Positions 19,948-29,457 of a stretch of 64,000 bases of DNA are shown here, in pieces. Source of the stretch: Candidatus Aminicenantales bacterium (GTDB lineage: Bacteria > Acidobacteriota > Aminicenantia > Aminicenantales > UBA4085); assembly GCA_049515535.1 (NCBI GenBank), contig JBEKTZ010000002.1, positions 27,787-91,786 of the forward strand, written 5' to 3'. Each line of letters begins with the position of its first letter. Within the stretch, counting starts at the first letter, position 1. The notes under the pieces were generated by a model that worked only from the letters and a program-made list of their open reading frames with translations, did not search any database and was not told the DNA's origin. The translations under genes and the position numbers were made by a program.

Positions 19948-20107
19948 CGATCTTCTCCTCAACCAAGTGCGAACTCGAAATCGATACTCTCCGTTGCGAA
20001 AAAATGATAATCGCTGCTTCGGATCCGTGTCAAGAAAAAGAAAAGACAAAGAAAAAGCCACCCCCTCTCAACCATCGTTGGCGTATGACCGAAAAAAAGA
20101 AACGGCT

Positions 20108-20465
20108 GGAGCGGGACATAAGCCGGATTCTGTTCCCGCGCGCCGAAGCGGCGGGGGCGGTTATTTGTCTGGCCCCGCGATTGCTCGCGGGGACGAGCGG
20201 CCGACCCGCCCCGGGACGGGCCATCCCATGTGGGGCTCGTTTGGCCTTGCTCCGGATGGGGTTTACCCTGCCCCCGGCGTCGCCGCCGGGGCGGTGAGCT
20301 CTTACCTCACCTTTTCACCCTTACCCTCGCGGGCGGTATGTTTTCTGTGGCACTTTCCGCCGGTCGCCCGGCGCCGTCGTTAGCGGCCATCCTGCCCTGC
20401 GGAGTCCGGACTTTCCTCCCCTACTCCTCCTCGGGAGAAGCGGGAGCAACCGCCTCGCCCACTCC
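20108..20465 (-). ncRNA. rnpB: RNase P RNA, bacterial type A
   Basis: Minus strand has GAGGAAAGTCCGGACTCC, GGAAAGTGCCACAGAAAA, GGGTGAAAAGGTGAGGTAAGAGCTCACCG, GGTAAACCCC..GGAGCAAGGCC and ACAGAATCCGGCTTA. P1 ends are complementary, and pairing extends over 20101-20472. Confidence 0.95.
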
Positions 20466-21839
20466 AGCCGTTATTTTAATGCCGTATTGCTCAAGCTTTT
20501 TGTACAAATTGCTGCGCGGCGTGTCGATCTCCCGCGCCGTCTGGGAGATATTCCATTTGTTTTCCGCGAGCTTGGCCAGGATGAAATCTTTTTCAGCCAG
20601 GTCCCGGAAATCCCTGAGCGTCTTCGCCTGGCCGGCGTCCGGGAATACCGCCCGATGACTCTCCCGGAGCTGTTCGGGAAGATCCTTGATCTCGATCAAG
20701 TCCTTATCGGTCATGATCAACAGCCGCTCGATGACGTTCTTGAGTTCCCGGACGTTCCCCTTCCAGGGACATCTCATCATGACCTCGAGTGCGTCGGGAC
20801 TGATTTTTTTGATCTTGAAATTGTTCTCTTCCGCCAAATTCCTGCAAAAATATTCGATGAGCAGCGGGATGTCTTCCTTTTTTTCCCGCAGTGCGGGAGA
20901 ATAGAGAGGAACGACGTTCAGGCGGAAGAACAGATCGTCGCGAAAATTGTTCTTCTCGATCTCTTTTTTCAAGTCCTTGTTGGTCGCGGCAATGACCCGG
21001 ACGTCGACCTTGCCGATCTTGTTCGAACCGACCTTTTGGACCTCCCCTTCTTCGAGGACACGCAAGACCTTGGATTGCGTTTTGAGGCTCATGTCGCCGA
21101 TTTCGTCGAGGAAGATCGTTCCGCCGTCCGCTTGCTCGAACTTGCCCGTTTTTCGCTCCGTGGCGCCCGTGAACGAGCCTTTCTCGTGGCCGAACAGCTC
21201 GCTTTCGATCAATTCCTCGGGAATGGCGGCGCAGTTGACCTGGATGAAATTCTCCTTGGCCCGGAGGCTATGCGCGTGGATCGCCCTGGCGATAAGCTCC
21301 TTGCCCGTCCCGCTTTCGCCATAGATGAGAACGGTGGCGTTTGTGGGAGCCGCCTGTAGAATTTCCTTCCAAAGCTTTTTCATCAACGGATGGTGACCGA
21401 TGAGCTCGTATCGTTTCTCGGATTTCCTCTTCAGGTCCAGATTCTCCCGCTGCAGCTTGTTCTGGTTCAGCGCGTTGCGGATGGACAAAAGCACGCGGTC
21501 GCGGTGGAGCGGCTTCTCCAGGAACTCAAACGCGCCGTTTTTCGTCGCTTCGACGGCGTTTTGGATCGAGCCTTGACCCGAAATCATGATGACCTCGGGC
21601 GAATAAGGCTTGTTTTTGATTTGCTTCAAGACGTCGAGGCCGTCCATGCCCCCGGGCATCTTGATGTCGAGGAGAACGATGTCCACGCCGATGCTCTCTT
21701 CGAGCTTACGCAGGCCTTCTTCGCCGTCGCCGGCCTCGAAGAACTGAAATCCCTCGTATTCCAGGATCATTTTCAACGATTTTCGGATGTTTTCCTCGTC
21801 GTCGATGACGAGGATCCGCGCTTTGCGATCGGTTTTCAT
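20421..21839 (-). CDS. Sigma-54-dependent two-component response regulator (NtrC/NtrX family)
   Basis: Receiver domain (ILVIDDE, LLDIKMP), GESGTGKE, ESELFGHEKGSFTGA, FLDEIG, WKGNVRELKN and a Fis-type HTH. Probable start MKTDRK at 21839. Confidence 0.93.
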   Translation of the reverse strand: MKTDRKARILVIDDEENIRKSLKMILEYEGFQFFEAGDGEEGLRKLEESIGVDIVLLDIKMPGGMDGLDVLKQIKNKPYSPEVIMISGQGSIQNAVEATKNGAFEFLEKPLHRDRVLLSIRNALNQNKLQRENLDLKRKSEKRYELIGHHPLMKKLWKEILQAAPTNATVLIYGESGTGKELIARAIHAHSLRAKENFIQVNCAAIPEELIESELFGHEKGSFTGATERKTGKFEQADGGTIFLDEIGDMSLKTQSKVLRVLEEGEVQKVGSNKIGKVDVRVIAATNKDLKKEIEKNNFRDDLFFRLNVVPLYSPALREKKEDIPLLIEYFCRNLAEENNFKIKKISPDALEVMMRCPWKGNVRELKNVIERLLIMTDKDLIEIKDLPEQLRESHRAVFPDAGQAKTLRDFRDLAEKDFILAKLAENKWNISQTAREIDTPRSNLYKKLEQYGIKITAGVGEAVAPASPEEE

Positions 21840-22027
21840 GAGGATTCTCTTGTTCGACGATATTTTACCATAGATATCGCTCGAGTGCCAAAAAACCGAG
21901 TCGGGTGGCAATTCAAGGAAATTCACGACGCAGCGGCGCTTTGGCGTCCATCCAGCATTCGTGGCGGGCTTTGTCAAGAGAATTTACGTTGATGACGGGT
22001 CATGAGAGTGCACAAGGCAGGTTTATT

Positions 22028-22043
22028 TGGCATGGAATTTGCT
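22028..22043 (+). promoter_or_regulatory. Sigma-54 (-24/-12) promoter upstream of the M16 peptidase pair
   Basis: TGGCATGGAATTTGCT: GG at 22029-22030 and GC at 22041-22042 give exact GG-N10-GC spacing, one mismatch to TGGCAC-N5-TTGCW. Confidence 0.7.
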
Positions 22044-22057
22044 TTTATAAAAGGAGA

Positions 22058-23467
22058 ATGAGTAGAATATTTCCGGTGGCCATCCTAAGGAATGTCCGTT
22101 TCGGGCAGCTGAACCGCAAGCTCATGGTTCTCGTCTTCCTCATCTTCTCCGGCCTCAACTCGATCCCCGGCGCCTATGCTTTCGAAAAAACCAACGTCGA
22201 ACGGCAATTCACTCTCGACAACGGCCTGAAGGTTTTTTTGTACGAGCGGCGTGCGCTGCCTCTCGTGAATATCGTCGTCGCCGTCAACGCCGGCTCAAAG
22301 GATGAATCGGCGGAAACGAACGGCCTGGTCCATCTGCTGGAACATTTTATCCTTTTTCGCGGGACCGAGGTCCGGAGCGGCTCCAAGATCGCCGACGACA
22401 TACGTCGTCACGGCGCCTATTTCAATGCCCAGACCGGTCTGGATGTTTCCTTATTCGAGATCTCGCTGCCTGCCGAATACGCCGACTTCGGACTGAGCAA
22501 CCAGAAAGAGATCCTCTTCAATCTCAAGATCGACGATCAAGAGCTCGAGGCTGAGAAAGAAGTTGTGCTCGAAGAGTTGAGTCAGATCCGGGACGATCCC
22601 CTGCGATGGGCCTCGGCCCTTCTCTATCAAAATTTATTTCCGGGGCATCCCTACGGGCGTCCGGTCTTCGGCCAAGCGGAAATGATCAGGGCCCTGACCG
22701 CGGAACAAATGAATCGATTTTACAAGACCCATTACGTCCCGGCGAACTGCGCCCTGGCGATCGTGGGCGATTTCGCGGCCGAGGACATGGAAGGAAAAGT
22801 CCGCTCGTGTTTCGGGCCGGTCCCCAAAACCGATTTTGCTCCTGTCCAAATCGCCGCCGTGAAGCCTCTTCAGAAATCCGTCGAAATCCAGGAGACCATG
22901 GATGTCCAAGAGGCTTATCTGGTCATCGGGACGGCGGCCCCCGATGACAGCAGCCCCGACCAATACGGGGCCGATATCCTGACCGAAATTCTCGGCCGCG
23001 GAATCAATCCCATGCTTTATGGGCCTCTCAAGGGACAACGGAACCTGATCCATTCCGCCGGTATGGGATTTCTCCCCCTCAAATACGGGGGGGCCTTTGA
23101 AGTCTATATCACGCTCGATCCGGGGCGCATCGGCGTGGTCAAGAACCAGGCGATCCAATTTTTGCGACAGACGCGCAACGAGAATTTTTCCCGGGACGAT
23201 GTTTTTGGCGACGCCAGGATGTACGCCTACGATTATCTCGAAAGCGCCAAGAACCAGATTTCGTTCAACCAGCAGAAGGCGGAGGAAAACGGGCTGGAGT
23301 TGGCCTCTTCCCTGGCTATGCACATCTTGCTCCGCGATAATGCCGCGCCCGCGAACTATCTCGATCATATCAAAAAGATCTCGTCGTCCGATTTGAGGAA
23401 AATGGCGGCGAAATACCTGAGCCGAGGCGAATATGTGCTCGTGGCGATCCTTCCCAAAAAGAAATAA
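22058..23467 (+). CDS. M16B zinc peptidase, catalytic subunit (start 22058 or about 22123)
   Basis: LDNGLKV, inverted zinc motif HLLEH, FNAQT, EKEVVLEE and HPYGRPVFG. Confidence 0.9.
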   Translation: MSRIFPVAILRNVRFGQLNRKLMVLVFLIFSGLNSIPGAYAFEKTNVERQFTLDNGLKVFLYERRALPLVNIVVAVNAGSKDESAETNGLVHLLEHFILFRGTEVRSGSKIADDIRRHGAYFNAQTGLDVSLFEISLPAEYADFGLSNQKEILFNLKIDDQELEAEKEVVLEELSQIRDDPLRWASALLYQNLFPGHPYGRPVFGQAEMIRALTAEQMNRFYKTHYVPANCALAIVGDFAAEDMEGKVRSCFGPVPKTDFAPVQIAAVKPLQKSVEIQETMDVQEAYLVIGTAAPDDSSPDQYGADILTEILGRGINPMLYGPLKGQRNLIHSAGMGFLPLKYGGAFEVYITLDPGRIGVVKNQAIQFLRQTRNENFSRDDVFGDARMYAYDYLESAKNQISFNQQKAEENGLELASSLAMHILLRDNAAPANYLDHIKKISSSDLRKMAAKYLSRGEYVLVAILPKKK

Positions 23468-24781
23468 ATGAATCAGCGAAAGCCGCGTTTCGTCCGTTTT
23501 TTCGCCCTTACGTTGGGGATCTTCTCCTCCCCCTGGCTTTTCGCCCAATGGAATAATCCGCCCTCAAAGAAATTTTTAGAGAATGGTTTGACGGTGATCA
23601 TGCAGCAGGACGATTCCTCCGCCATCACCGTCATGGAGATCTTCATCAAGGGAGGTCGACGCGCCGAGCCGGCGGGAAAAGAGGGGTTGTCCTATTTGAC
23701 CACCCGGCTTTCCCTCGAGATCCCCGACCAGGGCAAAGCCATCGCGCTCATGGAGAAGTCCTCGCGATATATGATGGCATCCAAAGGGGATTTCAGCCTC
23801 ATCCACATCGAGTGTCTGACCGATTTCCTGGCCGACACGCTGGAAGTATTCAGCGCGATTCTGAAAGATCCTCTGTTTTCCGGGATCCGCTTCGACCGGG
23901 TCGTGGAAGACATGAACGACCAGCGGAAGATCGAAAATGATGATAATATCAATATCGGCCATTTGACTCACCTGCGGACTTTTCTCGGGAATCTCGGCTA
24001 TGCCGGCTCGGCCTTCGGCGAAGAAACCGCCTTGAAGAAAATCAAAGTCCGCGACGTCGAGGGCTTTTATAAGAGCTATTTCTCAGCCGGAAACATGATC
24101 CTTGCCGTCGTTTCGGACCTTGACGGCGGAAAACTCATCGAAATGCTGAATAAATATTTCGGCTCTTTGTCCCCTGGCAAACCGCAGGAAAGGATATCCA
24201 CGGGCGCTCAAAAGGATTTTCCCGAGCTGCCGAAGGAAACGGTCATCGAGAAAGACACAAAGCAGAATCTCGTTTCCTTGGGCTTTGCCCTGCCGCGGAT
24301 ATCCCGAAAGAATTACGCGTTGAATACGCTCCTCGATATCCTTTTGGGAAAAGGCCCAGGCTCCAGGCTCTGGCCCCTGAGGTCGGAGGAAAAACTCGCT
24401 TACAATGTCAATTCCCGGACCACGTTCATGATCGAAGGCGGGTTTCTAGAAGTCTTCCTTGAAACCGATTCACCGAAAAGTGATACGGCCAAGGAGGCTT
24501 TAAAGAAAGTCATCGCCCGGCTTCATGAGCAGGGAGTTACCTCCGACGAACTTCAAGAGGCCAAAACCATGGTCAAGGCCAATTTTCTACGAACGAACGA
24601 GACAAAGGAAAAGAGGGTGGAAACCTTGGGTTCTTTTGAGGCTTTAGGGCTGGGCATTGATTATTTCAAGGGATATTTCGCCGAAATCGATGCCGTTACG
24701 GTGGACGCGATCAACGACTATATCAAAGACGTGCTGGATCCCCAAAAAGCCGCGCTCATCGTCGTCGGCCCCAAAAAGTGA
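23468..24781 (+). CDS. M16B peptidase, non-catalytic partner subunit
   Basis: Signal peptide, LENGL, HxxEH replaced by YLTTR, and C-terminal SRLWPLRSEEKLAY (R-Y pair). Confidence 0.85.
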   Translation: MNQRKPRFVRFFALTLGIFSSPWLFAQWNNPPSKKFLENGLTVIMQQDDSSAITVMEIFIKGGRRAEPAGKEGLSYLTTRLSLEIPDQGKAIALMEKSSRYMMASKGDFSLIHIECLTDFLADTLEVFSAILKDPLFSGIRFDRVVEDMNDQRKIENDDNINIGHLTHLRTFLGNLGYAGSAFGEETALKKIKVRDVEGFYKSYFSAGNMILAVVSDLDGGKLIEMLNKYFGSLSPGKPQERISTGAQKDFPELPKETVIEKDTKQNLVSLGFALPRISRKNYALNTLLDILLGKGPGSRLWPLRSEEKLAYNVNSRTTFMIEGGFLEVFLETDSPKSDTAKEALKKVIARLHEQGVTSDELQEAKTMVKANFLRTNETKEKRVETLGSFEALGLGIDYFKGYFAEIDAVTVDAINDYIKDVLDPQKAALIVVGPKK

Positions 24782-24865
24782 CGGGACTCGCGCCTGCCAA
24801 CGGCTCGATGGCGAGCCTCATCACGCTTTGAGTTTGGCGCGCCGGTCATCTTCATGCGGCGGCGC

Positions 24866-24909
24866 AAAAAAAAGCCGTCCCGGACCTGAGCCCGGAACGG
24901 CCTTTTTTT
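24866..24909. terminator. Bidirectional intrinsic terminator between convergent genes
   Basis: A-run, GCCGTCCCGG-loop-CCGGAACGGC, then T-run. Confidence 0.75.
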
Positions 24910-24923
24910 GTTCTTCGCGGTTT

Positions 24924-27900
24924 CTATTCCGCCATCTTCTTGTAATCCTGGTACCTCTTTTTCGCTTCCGCGGCGGCCTGGGCGAAAAGGACCTTGGCGA
25001 TGTCGGGATACTGTTGGGCCAGCGTGCGATACCGGATCTCGTTCTTGAGAAACGCCTCGTATTCGAGCTTGGGTTCCCTGGAATCGAGTTGGAGAGGGTT
25101 CTTTCCTTCCCGGGCCAGCATCGGGTTGTAGCGATATAGGATCCAGTAGCCCGTGTCCACGGCAAGCTTCTCTTCCTCCTGGGTCTTGGTCATGTCGATG
25201 CCGTGGTTGATGCAGGGCGAATAAGCGATGATGAGGGAAGGGCCGTCGTAAGCTTCGGCTTCCGTGAACGCCTTGATGCATTGGTTCATGTTGGCGCCCA
25301 TGGCGATCGCCGCGACATAGACATAGCCGTAGCTCATGGCCATCCGGCCCAGGTCTTTCTTCCCGGTCTTCTTGCCCGACGCGGCGAACTTGGCTACGGA
25401 ACCCGTCGGCGTGGATTTGGACGCTTGTCCGCCGGTGTTGGAATACACTTCGGTGTCGAGCACGAGCAGATTGACGTTCCTGTTCTGGGCGATCACGTGG
25501 TCGAGTCCGCCGAAGCCGATGTCGTAAGCCCATCCATCGCCGCCGATGCACCAGACGCTCCGTTCGACGAGGTAGTCCTGGAGCTGAATGATCTTCTCGA
25601 TATCGGGCTTGACGGCCGCGGCCTTGGATAAAGCCGCGGGGAGCGCGGCCTTAACGGCCTTGGCGGCCGTTTTGGCCTGATCGTCCGTCGCCTTCCACAT
25701 CTCTTTCATCTTTTTCAGGGCGTCCGCAAGCGCCGGTGTCGAGCCGGCTTCCAAAACCCTGTCGATATTGAAGGCGAGCTGTTTCCTATTGCCGTCGACC
25801 GCCAAGCGCATGCCGAAGCCGTATTCGGCGTTGTCCTCAAACAGCGAATTGGCCCAAGTCGGGCCCTGTCCCGTCGCGTTCTTGCAATAAGGGATCGTCG
25901 GGAAGGTGCCGCCGTAAATCGACGAACAGCCGGTGGCATTGGCGATGATCATCCGGTCGCCGAAAAGCTGGGTGGCGAGCTTCACATAGGGCGTCTCGCC
26001 GCATCCCGCGCAAGCGAGGCTGAACTCGAAGAGCGGTTGGAGGAGCTGGCTGCCCTTGATCGAATCGCGCTTATTGCCGTCCAGAACGTCATAGGGGAGT
26101 TTTTCGAAGAACTTCTCGTTCTGGAATTCGCCCGCGGAGCGGGCGTCTTCGATGGGAATCATCTTGAGAGACTTGACTTTGCTGGGGCAGATTTCCACGC
26201 AGTTTTCGCAGCCCACGCAATCCTCGATATAGACCTGGAGGCTGAACCGAAGGTCACGGTCGTTCTTGGAATTGGACTTGAGGGTCTTGAACGACCCGGG
26301 AGCGCCTTTGAGGCCTTCGGGCGTGATCTGCTTGGGGCGGATGGCGGCGTGGGGACAGATCAGGGCGCACTGATTGCACTGGATGCAGTTCTCGGGGATC
26401 CAGGCGGGGACTTCGGGCGCAATGCCCCGTTTTTCGAGTCGGGAGGTTGCGGTCGGGATACGACCATCGTAAGGCATCTTGGAAACAGGGATCGTGTCGC
26501 CCTTGAAGTGCATGATCGGCTCGATGACGCTCCTGGTGAAATCGTCGGCGTCTTCGGGAATGAGCTTGGGAACGGACGCGGACTTCGTGATTCTCTTTGG
26601 GAGCGGAACCTCTTCGAGCGCCGCCGCGGCGCGATCGACGGCCGCCCAGTTCATGTCCACGACATTTTGGCCCTTCTTGATGAAGCTCTTGTGGATCGCC
26701 TTCTTGATCAAGGCAATGGCTTCATCCTCGGGAAGCACGCCCGAGAGCTTGAAGAAACAGGCCTGCATAAGCGTGTTGATCCGACCGCCGAGGCCGAGTT
26801 CCTGGGCGATCTTCAGGGCGTCGATGTTAAAGACCTTGATTTTCTTCTCCAGGATCGTCTTCTGCATGTCCTCGGTCAGATTATCGAAGACGTCCTCTTT
26901 TTTCCAATTGGAATTGATGAGGAACGTCCCGTTTTCCCGGATGCCTTCCAGGATGTCATACCGGCCGATATAGGTGGACTTGTGCAGGGCGACGAAGTCC
27001 ACGACATTGTTGACCAGATACTGGGATTGGATCGGGCTCTTGCCGAAACGCAGATGGGAGATCGTGACTCCGCCCGATTTCTTGGAGTCATATTGGAAAT
27101 AGCCCTGCGCGTACATATTGGTGTTGTCGCCGATGATGGTGATGGAGTTCTTGTTGGCGCCGACCGTGCCGTCGGAACCGTAGCCCCAGAATTTGCAGCG
27201 GACGACGCCTTTGGGCTCGGCGTCGAACTCGGGACCGGTCTTGAGCGAGAGATGCGTGACGTCGTCATCGATGCCGACCGTGAAGCCGTGGGTGCAAGCG
27301 CCGGCGAGGTGGTCATAAACGGCCTTGACCTGGGCGGGCGTAAATTCCTTGGAGGAGAGGCCGTAGCGGCCTCCGATGATTTTCATCGAACGGCCGGAGA
27401 GAGACACGGCGGCGTCGAGATAGAGCGGCTCGCCGAGCGAGCCGGGCTCCTTGGTCCGGTCGAGGACGGCCACTTTCCTGACCGTGTTCGGGATGACCGC
27501 GTTCAGGGCCTCGGCTGACCAGGGCCGGTAGAGACGGACTTTGACCGCGCCGACCTTGGTGCCGCGGGCGTTGAGGTAGTTGATCGTTTCCTCGATCGTC
27601 TCCGCCCCGGAGCCCATGGCGATGATGATCCGATCGGCATCGGGCGCGCCGACATAATCGAAGAGCTTGTAGGAGCGGCCGATGACCTTCCCGACCTTGT
27701 CCATGTAGTCCTGGACGATCTTCGGCGTGACGGCATAATGGCCGTTGATCGTTTCCCGTCCCTGGAAATAAACGTCCGGGTTCTGAGCGCCGACTTTCAT
27801 CATCGGCTTTTCCGGATTGAGCGCCCTGTCTCGGAAAGCCTGGTGGTATTGGGGTTCGAAGAGCCCGGCCAGCGTTTCGTAGGACACGATCTCGACTTTT

Positions 27901-28445
27901 TGAACTTCGCTCGACGTCCGGAAACCGTCGAAGAAGTTCAGGAACGGCACTTGCGTTCGGAGCGAGGCGAGCTGGGAGACGATCGCCAGGTCCATGGTCT
28001 CCTGGACCGATCCGGAGGCCATCAAGCCGAAGCCCGTGTTCCGGGCGGCCATGACATCGGAATGGTCGCCGAAGATCGAGAGCGACTGGCAGGCCAGCGA
28101 CCGGGCCGACACGTAAAAAACCGTGGGCAGCATTTCCCCCGCGATCTTGTGCATGTTCGGAAGCATGAGCATCAGGCCTTGAGAGGCGGTGAACGTCGTC
28201 GTCAAGGCGCCGGCCGACAGGGCCCCATGGACGGCGCCGGCCGCTCCGCCTTCGGACTGGAGTTCGACGACCTCCACGGTCTGGCCGAAGATGTTTTTCC
28301 GGCCCTGCACGGACCATTCGTCCGCCATCTCCCCCATCGTCGAAGAGGGCGTGATGGGATAGATGGCCGCGATCTGGGAATACGCGTAAGCGACGTGCGT
28401 CGCCGCTGTGTTTCCATCGATGGCTTTGAAAACTTTTTTCATCAT
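24924..28445 (-). CDS. nifJ: Pyruvate:ferredoxin (flavodoxin) oxidoreductase, single chain
   Basis: YPITPSS, QSEGGAAGAVHG, FFDGFRTS, two CxxCxxCxxxCP motifs, ACAGCGETPY, GDGWAYDIG and YSNTGGQ. Confidence 0.96.
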   Translation of the reverse strand: MMKKVFKAIDGNTAATHVAYAYSQIAAIYPITPSSTMGEMADEWSVQGRKNIFGQTVEVVELQSEGGAAGAVHGALSAGALTTTFTASQGLMLMLPNMHKIAGEMLPTVFYVSARSLACQSLSIFGDHSDVMAARNTGFGLMASGSVQETMDLAIVSQLASLRTQVPFLNFFDGFRTSSEVQKVEIVSYETLAGLFEPQYHQAFRDRALNPEKPMMKVGAQNPDVYFQGRETINGHYAVTPKIVQDYMDKVGKVIGRSYKLFDYVGAPDADRIIIAMGSGAETIEETINYLNARGTKVGAVKVRLYRPWSAEALNAVIPNTVRKVAVLDRTKEPGSLGEPLYLDAAVSLSGRSMKIIGGRYGLSSKEFTPAQVKAVYDHLAGACTHGFTVGIDDDVTHLSLKTGPEFDAEPKGVVRCKFWGYGSDGTVGANKNSITIIGDNTNMYAQGYFQYDSKKSGGVTISHLRFGKSPIQSQYLVNNVVDFVALHKSTYIGRYDILEGIRENGTFLINSNWKKEDVFDNLTEDMQKTILEKKIKVFNIDALKIAQELGLGGRINTLMQACFFKLSGVLPEDEAIALIKKAIHKSFIKKGQNVVDMNWAAVDRAAAALEEVPLPKRITKSASVPKLIPEDADDFTRSVIEPIMHFKGDTIPVSKMPYDGRIPTATSRLEKRGIAPEVPAWIPENCIQCNQCALICPHAAIRPKQITPEGLKGAPGSFKTLKSNSKNDRDLRFSLQVYIEDCVGCENCVEICPSKVKSLKMIPIEDARSAGEFQNEKFFEKLPYDVLDGNKRDSIKGSQLLQPLFEFSLACAGCGETPYVKLATQLFGDRMIIANATGCSSIYGGTFPTIPYCKNATGQGPTWANSLFEDNAEYGFGMRLAVDGNRKQLAFNIDRVLEAGSTPALADALKKMKEMWKATDDQAKTAAKAVKAALPAALSKAAAVKPDIEKIIQLQDYLVERSVWCIGGDGWAYDIGFGGLDHVIAQNRNVNLLVLDTEVYSNTGGQASKSTPTGSVAKFAASGKKTGKKDLGRMAMSYGYVYVAAIAMGANMNQCIKAFTEAEAYDGPSLIIAYSPCINHGIDMTKTQEEEKLAVDTGYWILYRYNPMLAREGKNPLQLDSREPKLEYEAFLKNEIRYRTLAQQYPDIAKVLFAQAAAEAKKRYQDYKKMAE

Positions 28446-28539
28446 GATCTCCTATTATGGCAATTGGGGGTCATCGTGCCGATCCAACGAACCCGGGCCT
28501 TTCCAACGGATAAGCCCGTACAGCTTGAACACCCGATAA

Positions 28540-29145
28540 TTATTCCTTGAGTTCCGTTCTTCCTTCCAGGGCCTTCTTGACGGTGATCTGATCGGCGAAA
28601 TCGATATCGGATCCGACCGGCAAACCCATGGCCAATCGCGTCAGCTTCACAGGATAGTCCTTGAGAATTTTCACCAAGAAGTGGGCCGTCGCCTCGCCGT
28701 CGGCCGTCGGATTAGTGGCGATGATGATCTCCTTGATCCTGCCGTCTTCGATCCGGCCCGTCAATTTTTCGATCTTCAGGTCTTCCGGCCCTATTCCTTT
28801 GAGGGGCGCCAGCGTCCCGAGAAGAACATGGTAGCGGCCGTGGAACGCCCCGGTTTTCTCGATCGTCGAGATATGATACGGCTCTTCGACGACGCACAAA
28901 AGGCCCTCGGTCCGATCGGGATCCGTGCAATACAGGCAAGGATCGATGTGCGTGATATTGTTGCAGATCGAGCAATAAAACAGATTTTTTTTGACTTCCC
29001 TGATGGAGTCAGCCAGGCTTTCCGCTTCGTCCTGGGGAATGCTGAGGAGATGAAAAGCGATCCGCTGAGCGGTCTTGGCCCCGATGCTTGGGATTTTCTT
29101 CAGCTCCTCGATGAGGCGGCTGAGCGGCTGGGCGTATTCGAACAT
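28540..29145 (-). CDS. recR: Recombination mediator RecR
   Basis: IGAKTAQR HhH, CSICNN..PCLYC zinc finger, and TOPRIM domain IIATNPTADGEATA. Confidence 0.95.
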   Translation of the reverse strand: MFEYAQPLSRLIEELKKIPSIGAKTAQRIAFHLLSIPQDEAESLADSIREVKKNLFYCSICNNITHIDPCLYCTDPDRTEGLLCVVEEPYHISTIEKTGAFHGRYHVLLGTLAPLKGIGPEDLKIEKLTGRIEDGRIKEIIIATNPTADGEATAHFLVKILKDYPVKLTRLAMGLPVGSDIDFADQITVKKALEGRTELKE

Positions 29146-29147
29146 CT

Positions 29148-29456
29148 TTATAATCCCGGAATCTTCAATCCGGCGCCGAGGCTGCCCAGCCTTTGGGCGA
29201 GTTCCTCGTCGACTTTTGCCGCGGCGTCGCGGAAAGCCGCCATGATCATATCCTGGAGCATGTCCACGTCGTCCTTGTTGACCACTTCCGGATCCAGTTT
29301 GAGCGAAATGACATTTTTCTGACCGTCCAGGATGATCGTGACCATGCCGCCCCCGCTCGACCCTTCCCGGCGCAGAGCGGCCATTTCCTTCTGCATTCTC
29401 TCCTGCATCTCCTGCGCCGACTTGAGCATTTTTTGCAGGTCGCCGAAGCCTGTCAT
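29148..29456 (-). CDS. ybaB: YbaB/EbfC nucleoid-associated protein
   Basis: AQEMQ..GSSGGGMV..DVDMLQDMIMAA; lies between dnaX and recR. Confidence 0.93.
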   Translation of the reverse strand: MTGFGDLQKMLKSAQEMQERMQKEMAALRREGSSGGGMVTIILDGQKNVISLKLDPEVVNKDDVDMLQDMIMAAFRDAAAKVDEELAQRLGSLGAGLKIPGL

Positions 29457-29457
29457 C

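Noticed and set aside
19827-20658. Several ORFs across 19.8-20.7 kb
   Set aside because: They overlap RNase P RNA and the neighbouring real genes, so they are spurious translations.
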